Of a stretch of 32,000 nucleotides of DNA, positions 1 to 9,606 are shown in pieces. Source of the DNA: Nostoc sp. PCC 7120 = FACHB-418. Its GTDB lineage: Bacteria; Cyanobacteriota; Cyanobacteriia; Cyanobacteriales; Nostocaceae. Position 1 is the stretch's first letter, and every line of letters starts with the position of its first letter. Both the position numbers and the translations under genes were made by a program. Location of the stretch: NCBI RefSeq assembly GCF_000009705.1, contig NC_003272.1:5190001-5222000 (forward strand). Reading direction: 5' to 3'. The notes under the pieces were generated by a model, which was given only the letters and a program-made list of their open reading frames with translations, did no database searches and had not been told where the DNA came from.

Positions 1-239
1 TAAATGTCAATAATCCGGCGGTGAGTACGGGTTTCAAAATGTTCACGGGAATCTTTATCTACGTGTGGCGATCTCAGGACGCAGTAGATCTTCCGTTTTG
101 TGGGTAAGGGAATTGGGCCTATGGCTGTAGCGTTAGTACGGTTAGCTGTGTCAACTATCTTCTCGCAAGATGTATCTAATAAACGACGGTCAAAAGCTTG
201 TAAACGAATTCTAATCTTCTGCTGCTGTAGAGTTGCCAT
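1..239 (-). CDS. rpsJ: 30S ribosomal protein S10, first 79 codons (3' end runs off the window)
   Basis: Absent from the ORF track because the window edge truncates it. My translation from the ATG (complement of 237-239) reads [79 protein letters not shown], a typical S10 N-terminus. It lies directly downstream of tuf. Confidence 0.9.
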   Translation of the reverse strand, partial: MATLQQQKIRIRLQAFDRRLLDTSCEKIVDTANRTNATAIGPIPLPTKRKIYCVLRSPHVDKDSREHFETRTHRRIIDI

Positions 240-268
240 CTTAAATTTTCCAGGTTCTGATGAATCGA

Positions 269-306
269 GGGATTGGGGGTTGGAGATTGGGGGTTGGGGA
301 TTGGGA
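269..306. repeat. Heptamer tandem repeat, about 5.4 units, GGGATTG/GGGGTTG/GAGATTG (minus strand CAATCCC/CAACCCC); STRR1-like
   Basis: Read directly from the sequence: GGGATTG GGGGTTG GAGATTG GGGGTTG GGGATTG GGA. It sits in the tuf-rpsJ spacer, 30 nt upstream of the rpsJ ATG. Confidence 0.85.
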
Positions 307-388
307 CACTTAGACAAAAATCACTGTTTGTCCTTCTTGTCTTTTCCTAATACCTAATCCCCAGTACCTTATGTAAGTTCAGATAAAA

Positions 389-417
389 GAGCAGAGAAGC
401 TTTCGGCATCTCTGCTC
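389..417 (-). terminator. Hairpin downstream of tuf (possible attenuating terminator before rpsJ)
   Basis: A 9-bp perfect stem GAGCAGAGA (389-397) / TCTCTGCTC (409-417) with an 11-nt loop. On the minus strand it is followed by UUUU (complement of 385-388). It starts 24 nt after the tuf stop. Confidence 0.5.
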
Positions 418-440
418 TTATTTATTAGGTTAAAAAGGTG

Positions 441-1670
441 CTACTTGACGATTTTGGAAACGACACCAGCACCGATGGTGCGGCCACCTTCACGAATAGC
501 GAAGCGCATCCCTTGCTCGATCGCAATTGGGTTGATTAATTCAACAGTGACTTTGATGCGATCGCCTGGCATTACCATTTCTACAGTTTCACCTTCATCA
601 GAAGTAAAGGCTTTAATGGTACCTGTTACATCAGTTGTCCGCACATAGAATTGAGGACGGTAGCCAGCGAAGAAGGGAGTTTTACGACCACCTTCTTTTT
701 CCGTGAGAACGTAAACTTCGCCTTCAAATTGGGTGTGAGGAGTGATGGAACCAGGTTTGGCTAACACCATACCACGTTCAATATCCGCCTTTTGGATACC
801 GCGTAGCAGTACACCAGCGTTGTCTCCAGCCATACCTTCATCGAGACTCTTCTTAAACATCTCGATCCCGGTAACGGTTGTGTTGCGGGTATCTCTAATA
901 CCTACTAGTTCTACAACATCACCAACTTTGACTTTACCGCGTTCGATCCGACCGGTAGCAACAGTACCACGACCAGTGATAGAGAACACGTCTTCTACCG
1001 CCATCAAGAATGGTTTATCTATATCCCGCTCTGGATCGGGAATATAAGAATCTACAGCATCCATCAATTCGTAGATTTTATCTACCCAAGGATTTTCTCC
1101 GCGTTGGGTCTTAGGATTCTTGGTCATAACTTCGAGAGCTTGCAACCCCGAACCTCTGACGATGGGAATATCATCACCATCGAATTCGTACTCGGTCAAC
1201 AGTTCTCTTAATTCCAGTTCTACTAGTTCTAGTAGTTCAGCGTCTTCCATCATGTCTTCTTTATTTAAGAAGACTACTAGCTTAGGAACGCCTACCTGTT
1301 TTGCTAGCAGGATGTGTTCACGAGTTTGAGGCATAGGACCGTCGGTAGCAGCAACTACGAGAATTGCTCCATCCATCTGAGCCGCACCTGTGATCATATT
1401 CTTCACATAGTCAGCGTGACCCGGACAGTCTACGTGAGCGTAGTGACGGTTAGCGGTCTCATATTCAACGTGGGCTGTGTTAATGGTGATACCCCGCGCC
1501 TTTTCTTCTGGTGCGTTGTCGATTTGATCGTAGCCTTTAGCGACCGCTTGACCAAGGGCTGCCAAGGTCATGGTGATTGCTGCCGTTAAGGTTGTTTTAC
1601 CGTGGTCAACGTGGCCAATCGTACCGATATTTACGTGGGGTTTCGTTCTTTCAAACTTTGCGCGTGCCAT
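441..1670 (-). CDS. tuf: Elongation factor Tu
   Basis: 409 aa with GTPase motifs [14 protein letters not shown] and NKED. It resembles EF-Tu over its full length and lies 22 nt downstream of fusA. Confidence 0.98.
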   Translation of the reverse strand: MARAKFERTKPHVNIGTIGHVDHGKTTLTAAITMTLAALGQAVAKGYDQIDNAPEEKARGITINTAHVEYETANRHYAHVDCPGHADYVKNMITGAAQMDGAILVVAATDGPMPQTREHILLAKQVGVPKLVVFLNKEDMMEDAELLELVELELRELLTEYEFDGDDIPIVRGSGLQALEVMTKNPKTQRGENPWVDKIYELMDAVDSYIPDPERDIDKPFLMAVEDVFSITGRGTVATGRIERGKVKVGDVVELVGIRDTRNTTVTGIEMFKKSLDEGMAGDNAGVLLRGIQKADIERGMVLAKPGSITPHTQFEGEVYVLTEKEGGRKTPFFAGYRPQFYVRTTDVTGTIKAFTSDEGETVEMVMPGDRIKVTVELINPIAIEQGMRFAIREGGRTIGAGVVSKIVK

Positions 1671-1692
1671 GAATCCTCGTTTCCTTTTTTAA

Positions 1693-3771
1693 TTAAGCGT
1701 TCCCTTTGCTTTTTGCAATGATAGTTTCAGCTACGCTGCGAGGCACCTCTTCGTAGTGGCTGAACTCCATCGTAAAGATACCCCGACCTTGGGTTTTCGA
1801 CCGGATATCAGTGGCGTAGCCGAACATAGTCGCTAGTGGAACTTTTGATGCCACTTTAGCGAGTCCCTGTTCAGTGCTTTGGCTTTCTATCTGTCCCCGA
1901 CGGGAGATGAGGTCGCCAATGACGTTCCCAATATAGTCTTCAGGAACTTCCACTTCGACTTTCATCATAGGCTCTAACAGTACTGGTGAAGCTTTAAGCA
2001 CAGCTTCTTTCAGCGCCATTGATCCAGCAATTTTGAAAGCCATTTCCGAAGAGTCTACATCGTGGTAAGAGCCATGAACTAGCGTTGCTTTCACGTCAAT
2101 TAGTGGATATCCAGCTAAAATACCAGATTCACAGCTTTCTTTCATACCTTGCTCGGCAGGGCCTATGTACTCTTTAGGTACTACACCACCGACAATTTTA
2201 GAGACGAATTCAAAGCCAGTACCGGGTTCTCCTGGTTCCAAATTGATCACAACGTGACCATATTGACCTTTACCACCACTTTGACGGATGAACTTACCTT
2301 CCACGTTAGTAACTGGTTTACGAATCGTTTCGCGGTAAGCTACTTGTGGCGCACCAACATTGGCTTCCACTTTGAATTCACGCAACATCCGGTCTACGAG
2401 AATTTCTAGGTGGAGTTCTCCCATCCCTGCAATTACAGTTTGGTTGGTTTCTGGGTCAACGTTGACGCGGAAGGTTGGGTCTTCTTCTGAGAGAGATTGC
2501 AGAGCCTTGGATAATTTATCCATGTCGTTCTTGGTTTTGGGTTCAACCGCTACCGAGATCACAGGCTCTGGAATAAATAGGGATTCCAGAATTACTGGTG
2601 CGCCTTCATCAGTGATAGTATCACCAGTCAAGGTGTCTTTTAATCCTAGTGCAGCCCCCAAATCACCTGCACGTAGTTCTTCTACGTCTTGCCGGTCATC
2701 TGCTTTCATAAGAACTAAACGGGAGATCCGTTCTTTTTTGTTCTTGGTAGCATTTAATACGTAGCTACCTTTTTTCAGAACGCCAGAATAAACGCGAACA
2801 AAGGTGAGGCGACCATAAGGGTCAGCCATAATCTTGAAGGCCAGAGCTGCTAACGGTTCGTTATCGTCAGCCCGACGCTCTATAGCATCGCCGTTGGGAA
2901 GTGTACCTTGTATGGGGGGTACTTCTGTGGGTGCGGGTAGGTAATCTACCACTGCATCCAGCATTAACTGCACACCTTTGTTTTTAAAAGCGGAACCACA
3001 AAGCACGGGTACGATTGTACCGGCAATTGTACCTTTCCGTAGGGCAGACCGAATTTCTTCTTCTGTCAGTGGTTCGCCATCGAAGTACTTGGACATCAGA
3101 TCGTCATCGGTTTCTGCGACTGCTTCTACCAGCTTGGTGTAGTACTCTTCGACTTGATCTTGTAAGTCTGCTGGGATATCAGTTTCTTCGATATCTGTAC
3201 CTTGGTCGTTGTTGTACATATATGCACGTTTCCGCACCAAGTCTACAATGCCTTTGAAGTCGTTTTCGCTACCAATAGGCAATTGGATGGCAATGGCATT
3301 TGCCCGCAAGCGATCGCGCATTTGCTCATGAACTCTGTAAAAGTTCGCTCCTGTACGATCCATCTTGTTGATGAAGGCAATCCGAGGTACTTTGTAACGG
3401 TCTGCTTGCCGCCACACAGTTTCTGATTGGGGTTGTACACCACCCACGGAACAAAATACCGCAATTACACCATCTAACACCCGCATGGAGCGTTCAACTT
3501 CAATTGTGAAGTCTACGTGACCTGGAGTATCGATAATGTTAATTTGATAATCTTTCCAACTGGTACTAATTGCCGCAGCAGTGATGGTAATTCCCCGCTC
3601 CCGCTCTTGATCCATCCAGTCGGTTACAGCAGTTCCTTCGTGAACCTCACCAATTTTATGAATTATTCCAGAGTAAAATAATATTCTCTCTGTTGTCGTG
3701 GTTTTGCCCGCATCTATATGCGCCGCAATACCGATATTGCGTACTTTCTCTAGCGGGTTTATACGTGCCAC
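1693..3771 (-). CDS. fusA: Elongation factor G
   Basis: 692 aa with motifs [17 protein letters not shown] and NKMDR. It holds the classic position between rpsG and tuf. Confidence 0.98.
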
Positions 3772-3911
3772 AATAACCTCCTATAGTTTTTGCCTCATGA
3801 TATCTTGTATATTACTCTTTGTTAAGATTCTATACTTTTAGGGAAAACCGACTGGTGTACGGTAATTCCGCGATATACCGCTTTTTGATGCACGATATAC
3901 CGCTTTTGTAC

Positions 3912-4382
3912 TTAGTAACGATAGTGTGCAAATGCTTTGTTTGCTTCCGCCATCCGGTGTGTTTCTTCCCGTTTGCGAATCGCGTTCCCGCTTTCATTGG
4001 CAGCATCTAGTAGCTCATTAGCCAACCTGCTGGCCATTGTCCGTCCGGGTCTACTTCTAGAAAATTGTACCAGCCAACGTAGTGCTAGGGTAGTACCACG
4101 TTCTGTACGCACTTCCATCGGTACTTGGTAGGTTGCGCCACCGACACGGCGCGCTTTTACTTCTACTAAAGGTGTTGCGTTCCGCACTGCTCTTTCAAAA
4201 ACTTCTAAAGCATTGTTACCAGTGCGTTCTTCAATTGTTTTCAACGCATCATAAACAATGCGTGCAGCTAGTGATTTCTTTCCATGACGCATAATCCGCC
4301 GGATGATCATACTCACCAGGCGACTGTTATATACAGAGTCAGGCGGGACTGGCCGCCTTTGAATAACACCACGACGAGACAT
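3912..4382 (-). CDS. rpsG: 30S ribosomal protein S7
   Basis: 156 aa, MSRRGV...[10 protein letters not shown]...[19 protein letters not shown], a typical S7 sequence in str operon context. Confidence 0.97.
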   Translation of the reverse strand: MSRRGVIQRRPVPPDSVYNSRLVSMIIRRIMRHGKKSLAARIVYDALKTIEERTGNNALEVFERAVRNATPLVEVKARRVGGATYQVPMEVRTERGTTLALRWLVQFSRSRPGRTMASRLANELLDAANESGNAIRKREETHRMAEANKAFAHYRY

Positions 4383-4882
4383 ACTTTACCTTTAATTCGG
4401 ATTTGGCAACGAAATTATATGCTATCAGACAGCGTATTCTCTGAGTGCTAGAGCAACTCATAATTCCGCATTTTGGCTCTACGGTTGCAGCAAACCCAAT
4501 TTAAGAGACTTGCTGACTTGAAAAAGTTCCGAGGGCTGAGTGGTGCGTAAACACTAGTCTCTAACCTCTTGTTCTGTCCTTTTTCATCCATCCTGATTTA
4601 CTCAGTTCATGATGGCTACTTCAATTTAGTAGACAAACAAACAGCATTATTAATACCGAAATATTTATGATTAAATGCTGTTGTCGTTTACAGGGCTTTT
4701 TATCATGCCTACACTTGCTCGCTGAGTGCAGGTGGCGGTAGAGGCTAGAGCAGATTTTCAGAAACAGATTATTTATTCTGTGAATCAATTACTGTTTCAG
4801 AACAAGCATTGATTCTTTTACCTGAATTTAGGAGCTTTTGATGAAGCGACTAATCGTAATCAAACACGATTAATCGCCTGAT

Positions 4883-5266
4883 TTATTTTTTCGCTTCTTT
4901 CGGGCGCTTAGTTCCATATTTGGAACGACCTTGTTTGCGGTCTTTAACTCCGGCTGTATCCAAGGTTCCCCGGATGATGTGGTATCTTACACCTGGTAAG
5001 TCCTTCACCCGTCCGCCACGAATCATTACAACTGAGTGTTCTTGTAAATTGTGACCAATCCCTGGGATGTAAGCAGTAACTTCAAATCCCGATGTAAGTC
5101 TGACCCGTGCTACTTTCCGTAGAGCCGAGTTAGGCTTTTTAGGTGTAGTTGTGTATACTCTGGTGCAAACACCCCGACGTTGAGGGCATTGCTTCAGAGC
5201 AGGGGACTTAGTTTTCTGACGCGCTTTTTCGCGTTCAGTGCGTATTAATTGCTGTATTGTTGGCAT
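4883..5266 (-). CDS. rpsL: 30S ribosomal protein S12
   Basis: 127 aa, MPTIQQLIR...[31 protein letters not shown]..., a typical S12 sequence and the first gene of the str operon. Confidence 0.97.
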
Positions 5267-5316
5267 GAGTCACAGCGCGTGAAGCTGCTTATAGGTCTAA
5301 GTTTTAACAAATCCTG

Positions 5317-5346
5317 ATTATATCTTTTTTTGTTGTTTTATGTCAA
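5317..5346 (-). promoter_or_regulatory. Candidate sigma70-type promoter of the str operon
   Basis: The minus strand reads TTGACA (complement of 5341-5346), 18 nt, then TATAAT (complement of 5317-5322). Both hexamers match consensus perfectly, and the -10 box lies about 50 nt upstream of the rpsL ATG. Confidence 0.5.
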
Positions 5347-5362
5347 ACTTCCATATTATTCG

Positions 5363-5701
5363 TTAAACATTAGATGGTGCAGTGGTAGAGAAGGAATTAC
5401 CACAGCCACAGGTAACGATCGCTTGGGGGTTTTGGAAGCGAAATGCACCACCCATAAGATCCTCTGAATAATCTATGGCTAAACCATTGATGTAATTATA
5501 GCTGGCATTATCGATTACTACTTGAATATTATTGATGTCGAAGATGCGATCGCCTTCTTTTATTTTTTCATCGAAAGACATCTCGTAAAACCAATCATAA
5601 CAGCCACCTGGTTTAGCGGTGAGTCTAAATAAGGACGTGGAATGCTGCTTTGCTTTTAAGCGATTGATTTCACTGGCTGCGGCTTGGCTCAAATGAATCA
5701 T
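5363..5701 (-). CDS. A-type iron-sulfur cluster carrier (HesB/IscA family)
   Basis: 112 aa. It has the three-Cys signature of A-type carriers: one Cys in KPGGCYDW and the C-terminal CGCGNSF. Confidence 0.85.
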   Translation of the reverse strand: MIHLSQAAASEINRLKAKQHSTSLFRLTAKPGGCYDWFYEMSFDEKIKEGDRIFDINNIQVVIDNASYNYINGLAIDYSEDLMGGAFRFQNPQAIVTCGCGNSFSTTAPSNV

Positions 5702-5931
5702 ATACTAGTTTGGGCAAGTGAAGACACCATCTTTTAGTATTACAGATGGGTTGCCAAAAGAATTTACTTGTCAGCGAAAAGGCAAGAAAGCAGGGTAAAG
5801 TCCAACAGATGATATCTTAATATTAATTCTCTGCGCTTCTGTGCCTTGGTGCTGGAAACGCTTTTAAACACAGAGGCACAAAGAAAAGTTAGTATTTAAG
5901 TTATTAGACGGAGATAGTTTGCCAATAGTCT

Positions 5932-6354
5932 TTAATTAGATGTCCGAGAGTAGTCATCTTGGTAGCGAATAATATCATCTTCACCTAAATATTCACCATT
6001 CTGTACTTCAATGAGTACTAAGGGAATTACGCCAGGATTCTCCAGACGGTGAGCAGTACATTGGGGTACGTAGGTAGACTGATTATTACCTAATAAGATT
6101 TCTTTTTCACCACATACTACTCTGGCTGTACCAGAGACAACAATCCAGTGTTCACTACGGTGATGGTGCATTTGTAGGCTGAGGCGATGTCCAGGTTTCA
6201 CCTCAATCCGCTTGATTTTGTATCCACGTCCTTCTTCCAGTACTGTAAAAGAACCCCAAGGACGCAACTCAGTTGCAGCAACACCACGGCTAGTAATGGT
6301 AGTAGGTAGGGGTAAAGTGTGAGTTTTTGTTGTGGTTTCTTGAGTTTGAGCCAT
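5932..6354 (-). CDS. Stand-alone cupin of the type II mannose-6-phosphate isomerase (ManC C-terminal domain) type
   Basis: RPWGSFTVLEEG..YKIKRIEVKPGHRLSLQMHHHRSEHWIVVSGTA...HRLENPG..PLVLIEVQNGEYLGEDDIIRYQDDY matches the conserved core of the ManC/CpsB isomerase domain. The track ORF starts at a TTG (6375). I prefer the ATG at 6354 (MAQTQ...), which has GAGG 7 nt upstream. Confidence 0.7.
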   Translation of the reverse strand: MAQTQETTTKTHTLPLPTTITSRGVAATELRPWGSFTVLEEGRGYKIKRIEVKPGHRLSLQMHHHRSEHWIVVSGTARVVCGEKEILLGNNQSTYVPQCTAHRLENPGVIPLVLIEVQNGEYLGEDDIIRYQDDYSRTSN

Positions 6355-6743
6355 AGTTACCTCATTTGCAGACAAAACAAACTATCATTACTTCTGAATA
6401 ATTGATGGAAAATTTAGAGGGATTTTACAACCGTGAAATCAGGAATTTTTCAGCACCTTGCTAAACATAGCAAAGTGAAACTGGGTAGGGTACAGAATGT
6501 TAGTTGAAACTCTAGGTTTATATCAATTCTTCATCAAGTAGAACATCCGCTTATTCTCAGCTTTAAATTTGAAAACTGGCGATGAGGATGAGTTATGAAG
6601 GTTTCGACTCAGTAAGTCGGTGGGAAAAACACAGCTATCTTAAGAAAGAGAAACTAGGCTAAAACCCTCTTTTCTCCTGCACAACCCTAATCATCAATAT
6701 TCACATCCACCTACTTACTTATCTAAACTATCTGCCTAGACCC

Positions 6744-8726
6744 CTATTTTGGTCGGAGAAAAATCCCGATGCCGTTGTGGACGCGGGCGGCGGTGTTAGG
6801 ATAGCGATCTAAGAGTTGCCCACTTAGATACAGGCTAGTTGAGCTACCACCGTCTAGGTTGAGGGCGTTTACACAGCCTAACAGTTTCATCAGTTGAGCG
6901 TGTTCTGCTAGGTTTGGGCCTGGGCCGCCTGCACGGTTATGGACTGCGGCAATCAATAAGGTATTATTTGCGGTAGTGCAGATGCCACTACGAACAGCCC
7001 TTTCAGCAATAAAAGCGTTACTAAATTGTTCGCTTTTGGCATCGAGGACGATTTGACTATTTTGGAGGAGTAAGGGGCCGGCTCCAATGATGTGGGGGTA
7101 ACGGTTGAACTCACCAGGTGTAGTGGCGCTGGTAATCTGCACATCAGTACCGACGGGGAGTTGTGATGCTACCGTGGTGGCATTGCCACGTAATGTAAGT
7201 AAGTAGCCATTGTTAGGGATAGGAAAGTTAGTTTGACCTGCTTTATTCCCTGGAAACTGATTGGTAATTTTGTTGTTTTGGACTATGACAATTCGTTCAT
7301 TGTCAGTTAAGGGAGTGTACATCTTGCCCCAGGCTGGTGTATAACGAGCTATACCGTTCTGGACATAGCCACTGTTAAGGGCTAAGATTGGTACTCGCAA
7401 ATTACTAGATGTCGCTAAAGTCTCTTGTAAGCTGAGACGACCAAAGTAAAATTGTCCGGCATCGTTCCAAGCGATCGCACCTCTATTTAAGATAGGGCTA
7501 GATAACCACTGATTATTCTGACGAATTGCGCCTAAGGGATAGCGGTTATTGCGGTTAAAATATCCCCCGTTAATTGCACCTACTGCAAAGTAGCGTTGGG
7601 CCGTTTGCAATATGGGTGCCGTGCCTACTAAAGTATCTGGGTTGGTGACAATTGGTTTTAAAGTTAGTCCGATAGTCCTGGGGTTGACTTCCAAGAGGAC
7701 GACAGGGAAACGATTTGTACCTAAATTGACAAACTGTTGTCGCCAGCGCAGTCCTGTTGCCCAGGTTATATCTCTTGGTTCCAAAGGGTCAGGACGCAAG
7801 TCGATAATTAGGCGATCGGGGTTATTGATGGTGCTAACCTTAGGAGATAAAGCCAAGGGAACCCTGAGACGAATTAGGGTTTGGTTATTCACCACCTCTA
7901 CTTTTGTGATTAATGGTTCAGGTGTCGGTAATTGTTTGAGTAAATTTGGATCAGATGCAGGTGGCGGCGCTATTGGTAAAGGTGTGTAGCGCTGAATTAA
8001 ACCCTCATCAGCTATGCCTTCTAGGACGATTGTCCACTCTCTATGGGTAGACGCGGGAGGCTTGGCATCGGGTGTATTGGGGTCAACTGGGGGTCTGATT
8101 GGTTGCCCTTGTCTGACTTGCCAAGGTGTCGGGCGGTTTAAGTCCACAACAATGCGAGTTGCTGGCAAAGATGGGACAAGTGGGGTTCCTGGTCGCTGAC
8201 TAGAGCGAATATTTCTTACTTGCCCTGAGGGAGTAGCGATCGCTAATGTGTTACCTTGGGGTTGGATCTGCCATCCTGCTATTTGGGCAAAATTAGTAAT
8301 ATCTAGATAGCGATATCCACCCTGAAGCTTCGTTGCTAAAACTAATGGCTGGGTAGTTGATGAAAACCACACAACTGGTTGTCTAGCTGGGTTGTTGCTG
8401 CTTAATAAATCTATCCCGATTAATTGCCTAAGAGCGCCGTCGCTGATCAGTATTGCTCCTGGTTGCTGCAACCAAGCTCCTGGTAAGGTGCGACCATTGA
8501 GAGAAATTTGGCTACCTGAAGATAATCTCACTGATGCCGGTGGTGTTGAACGAGGTGCAGCTTGTCCAACTTTTTGTGGCTGCTGGGCGGTAGTGGCATA
8601 GGCAGCAGTCAAACATAGTGATATTGCCGTTAGAGAGGACACAATAGCTGGCAAGAAACTGTATCTTAATGGTTTAGTAACAATATTGTGATTTTTTCGT
8701 CGGCAATAATTTGTCATTTTGTCCAT
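6744..8726 (-). CDS. Secreted multidomain protein with a C-terminal phosphodiester glycosidase (NAGPA-like, DUF2233) domain
   Basis: 660 aa. The N-terminus has a hydrophobic signal-like segment (LPAIVSSLTAISLCLTAAYA). The middle is Pro-rich, with two AMIN-like motifs (RIVVDLNRP, DRLIIDLRPD). The C-terminal part carries NGGYFN and LNLDGGSSTSL, typical of the phosphodiester glycosidase family. Confidence 0.65.
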   Translation of the reverse strand: MDKMTNYCRRKNHNIVTKPLRYSFLPAIVSSLTAISLCLTAAYATTAQQPQKVGQAAPRSTPPASVRLSSGSQISLNGRTLPGAWLQQPGAILISDGALRQLIGIDLLSSNNPARQPVVWFSSTTQPLVLATKLQGGYRYLDITNFAQIAGWQIQPQGNTLAIATPSGQVRNIRSSQRPGTPLVPSLPATRIVVDLNRPTPWQVRQGQPIRPPVDPNTPDAKPPASTHREWTIVLEGIADEGLIQRYTPLPIAPPPASDPNLLKQLPTPEPLITKVEVVNNQTLIRLRVPLALSPKVSTINNPDRLIIDLRPDPLEPRDITWATGLRWRQQFVNLGTNRFPVVLLEVNPRTIGLTLKPIVTNPDTLVGTAPILQTAQRYFAVGAINGGYFNRNNRYPLGAIRQNNQWLSSPILNRGAIAWNDAGQFYFGRLSLQETLATSSNLRVPILALNSGYVQNGIARYTPAWGKMYTPLTDNERIVIVQNNKITNQFPGNKAGQTNFPIPNNGYLLTLRGNATTVASQLPVGTDVQITSATTPGEFNRYPHIIGAGPLLLQNSQIVLDAKSEQFSNAFIAERAVRSGICTTANNTLLIAAVHNRAGGPGPNLAEHAQLMKLLGCVNALNLDGGSSTSLYLSGQLLDRYPNTAARVHNGIGIFLRPK

Positions 8727-8994
8727 AATTTACATAGTTACTTTTGAAACCTATCACCCAACGACCTAGTTAGCTAATTGTGTGGAAATCTTGAAACATA
8801 GAGAGCTAATTTAGTAATAAATATGATATGATATATGTTGGCTTCTTATCTCTTAAAGATGACAAGCTAGAATTTTGCCACAAAAGCCACTGTAACTGAA
8901 TGCTTTAACTAGCATTAGTTATAACAAAACTAAAAATAAGCTACTACGCTTTTAAATTACATACTCACTTGTATGGTTTGTTGAGTACTGACGG

Positions 8995-9015
8995 TTAACT
9001 GTCAACTGTCAACAG
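8995..9015. repeat. Three heptamers TTAACTG TCAACTG TCAACAG (STRR3-like)
   Basis: Read directly from the sequence. It lies in the 840-bp divergent spacer between the 660-aa gene and glsF. Confidence 0.5.
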
Positions 9016-9606
9016 CCATCACGAAAAGATGTGCAAGTTAAAGGCCTGACAGCTTAGTAGTTTTGGTTATTATATTTGGATAAGATATTAAATCCTGATA
9101 CATTGTTCCTGCTGTTGCTACTTGAGTGAAGGTTACACAGTAGGGAGTGTAGTGGTAACAGCGAAAATCTCACAACAATGAAAATATTTGAGTAATTGTC
9201 AAAGGGGTATATATTGTACTACGCTGATTTTGCTGCTAAATCAGGATTATTTCTAGCCAAAGAACAGTGAAGTGTGAAGTTGATGTGCGATGGGCTATGC
9301 CCCACCTTAGGTGATTGCTAGCGCTCAAAAATACGCTTCGCTGGAAAAATTAAAACAAAGAAATTGAGAAAATATCAAGCTGGACGATATTAATTAGGGG
9401 ACTGTCAAGGCACAGAGATTTTGTCTTCCATAGAATAAACACATAAAACATAACGTCAAAATTTTAACGGGGGTAGTAAAAAGCCGGAGTTAAAATTTTT
9501 TTTCTCTAAATTTCAGTGATTTTATGTATTCATAGAATACGAAATTTAGCAATTTTTCTCACAAACAGTGGCGCAATTCGTGACTCAACGATCTCAGGAA
9601 CAGGCT

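Noticed and set aside
100-357. An 85-aa plus-strand ORF.
   Set aside because: It is antisense to the clearly recognisable rpsJ coding sequence (1-239) and runs through the heptamer repeat at 269-306. It has no family resemblance.
445-3464. Multiple 60-134 aa ORFs inside tuf and fusA on either strand. Similar ones lie inside glsF (11235-13797), the 660-aa gene (6953-8601), dxr, the deacetylase gene and the GT-C genes.
   Set aside because: All are fully nested in or antisense to long, confidently identified genes. They have low-complexity, Ser/Thr/Arg-rich compositions typical of out-of-frame reading.
4448-4591. A 47-codon minus-strand ORF in the rpsL-rpsG spacer, considered as a real small protein gene.
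   Set aside because: It has no properly spaced Shine-Dalgarno-like sequence and no recognisable family. ORFs of this length arise readily by chance. I keep it only as something to test by ribosome profiling.
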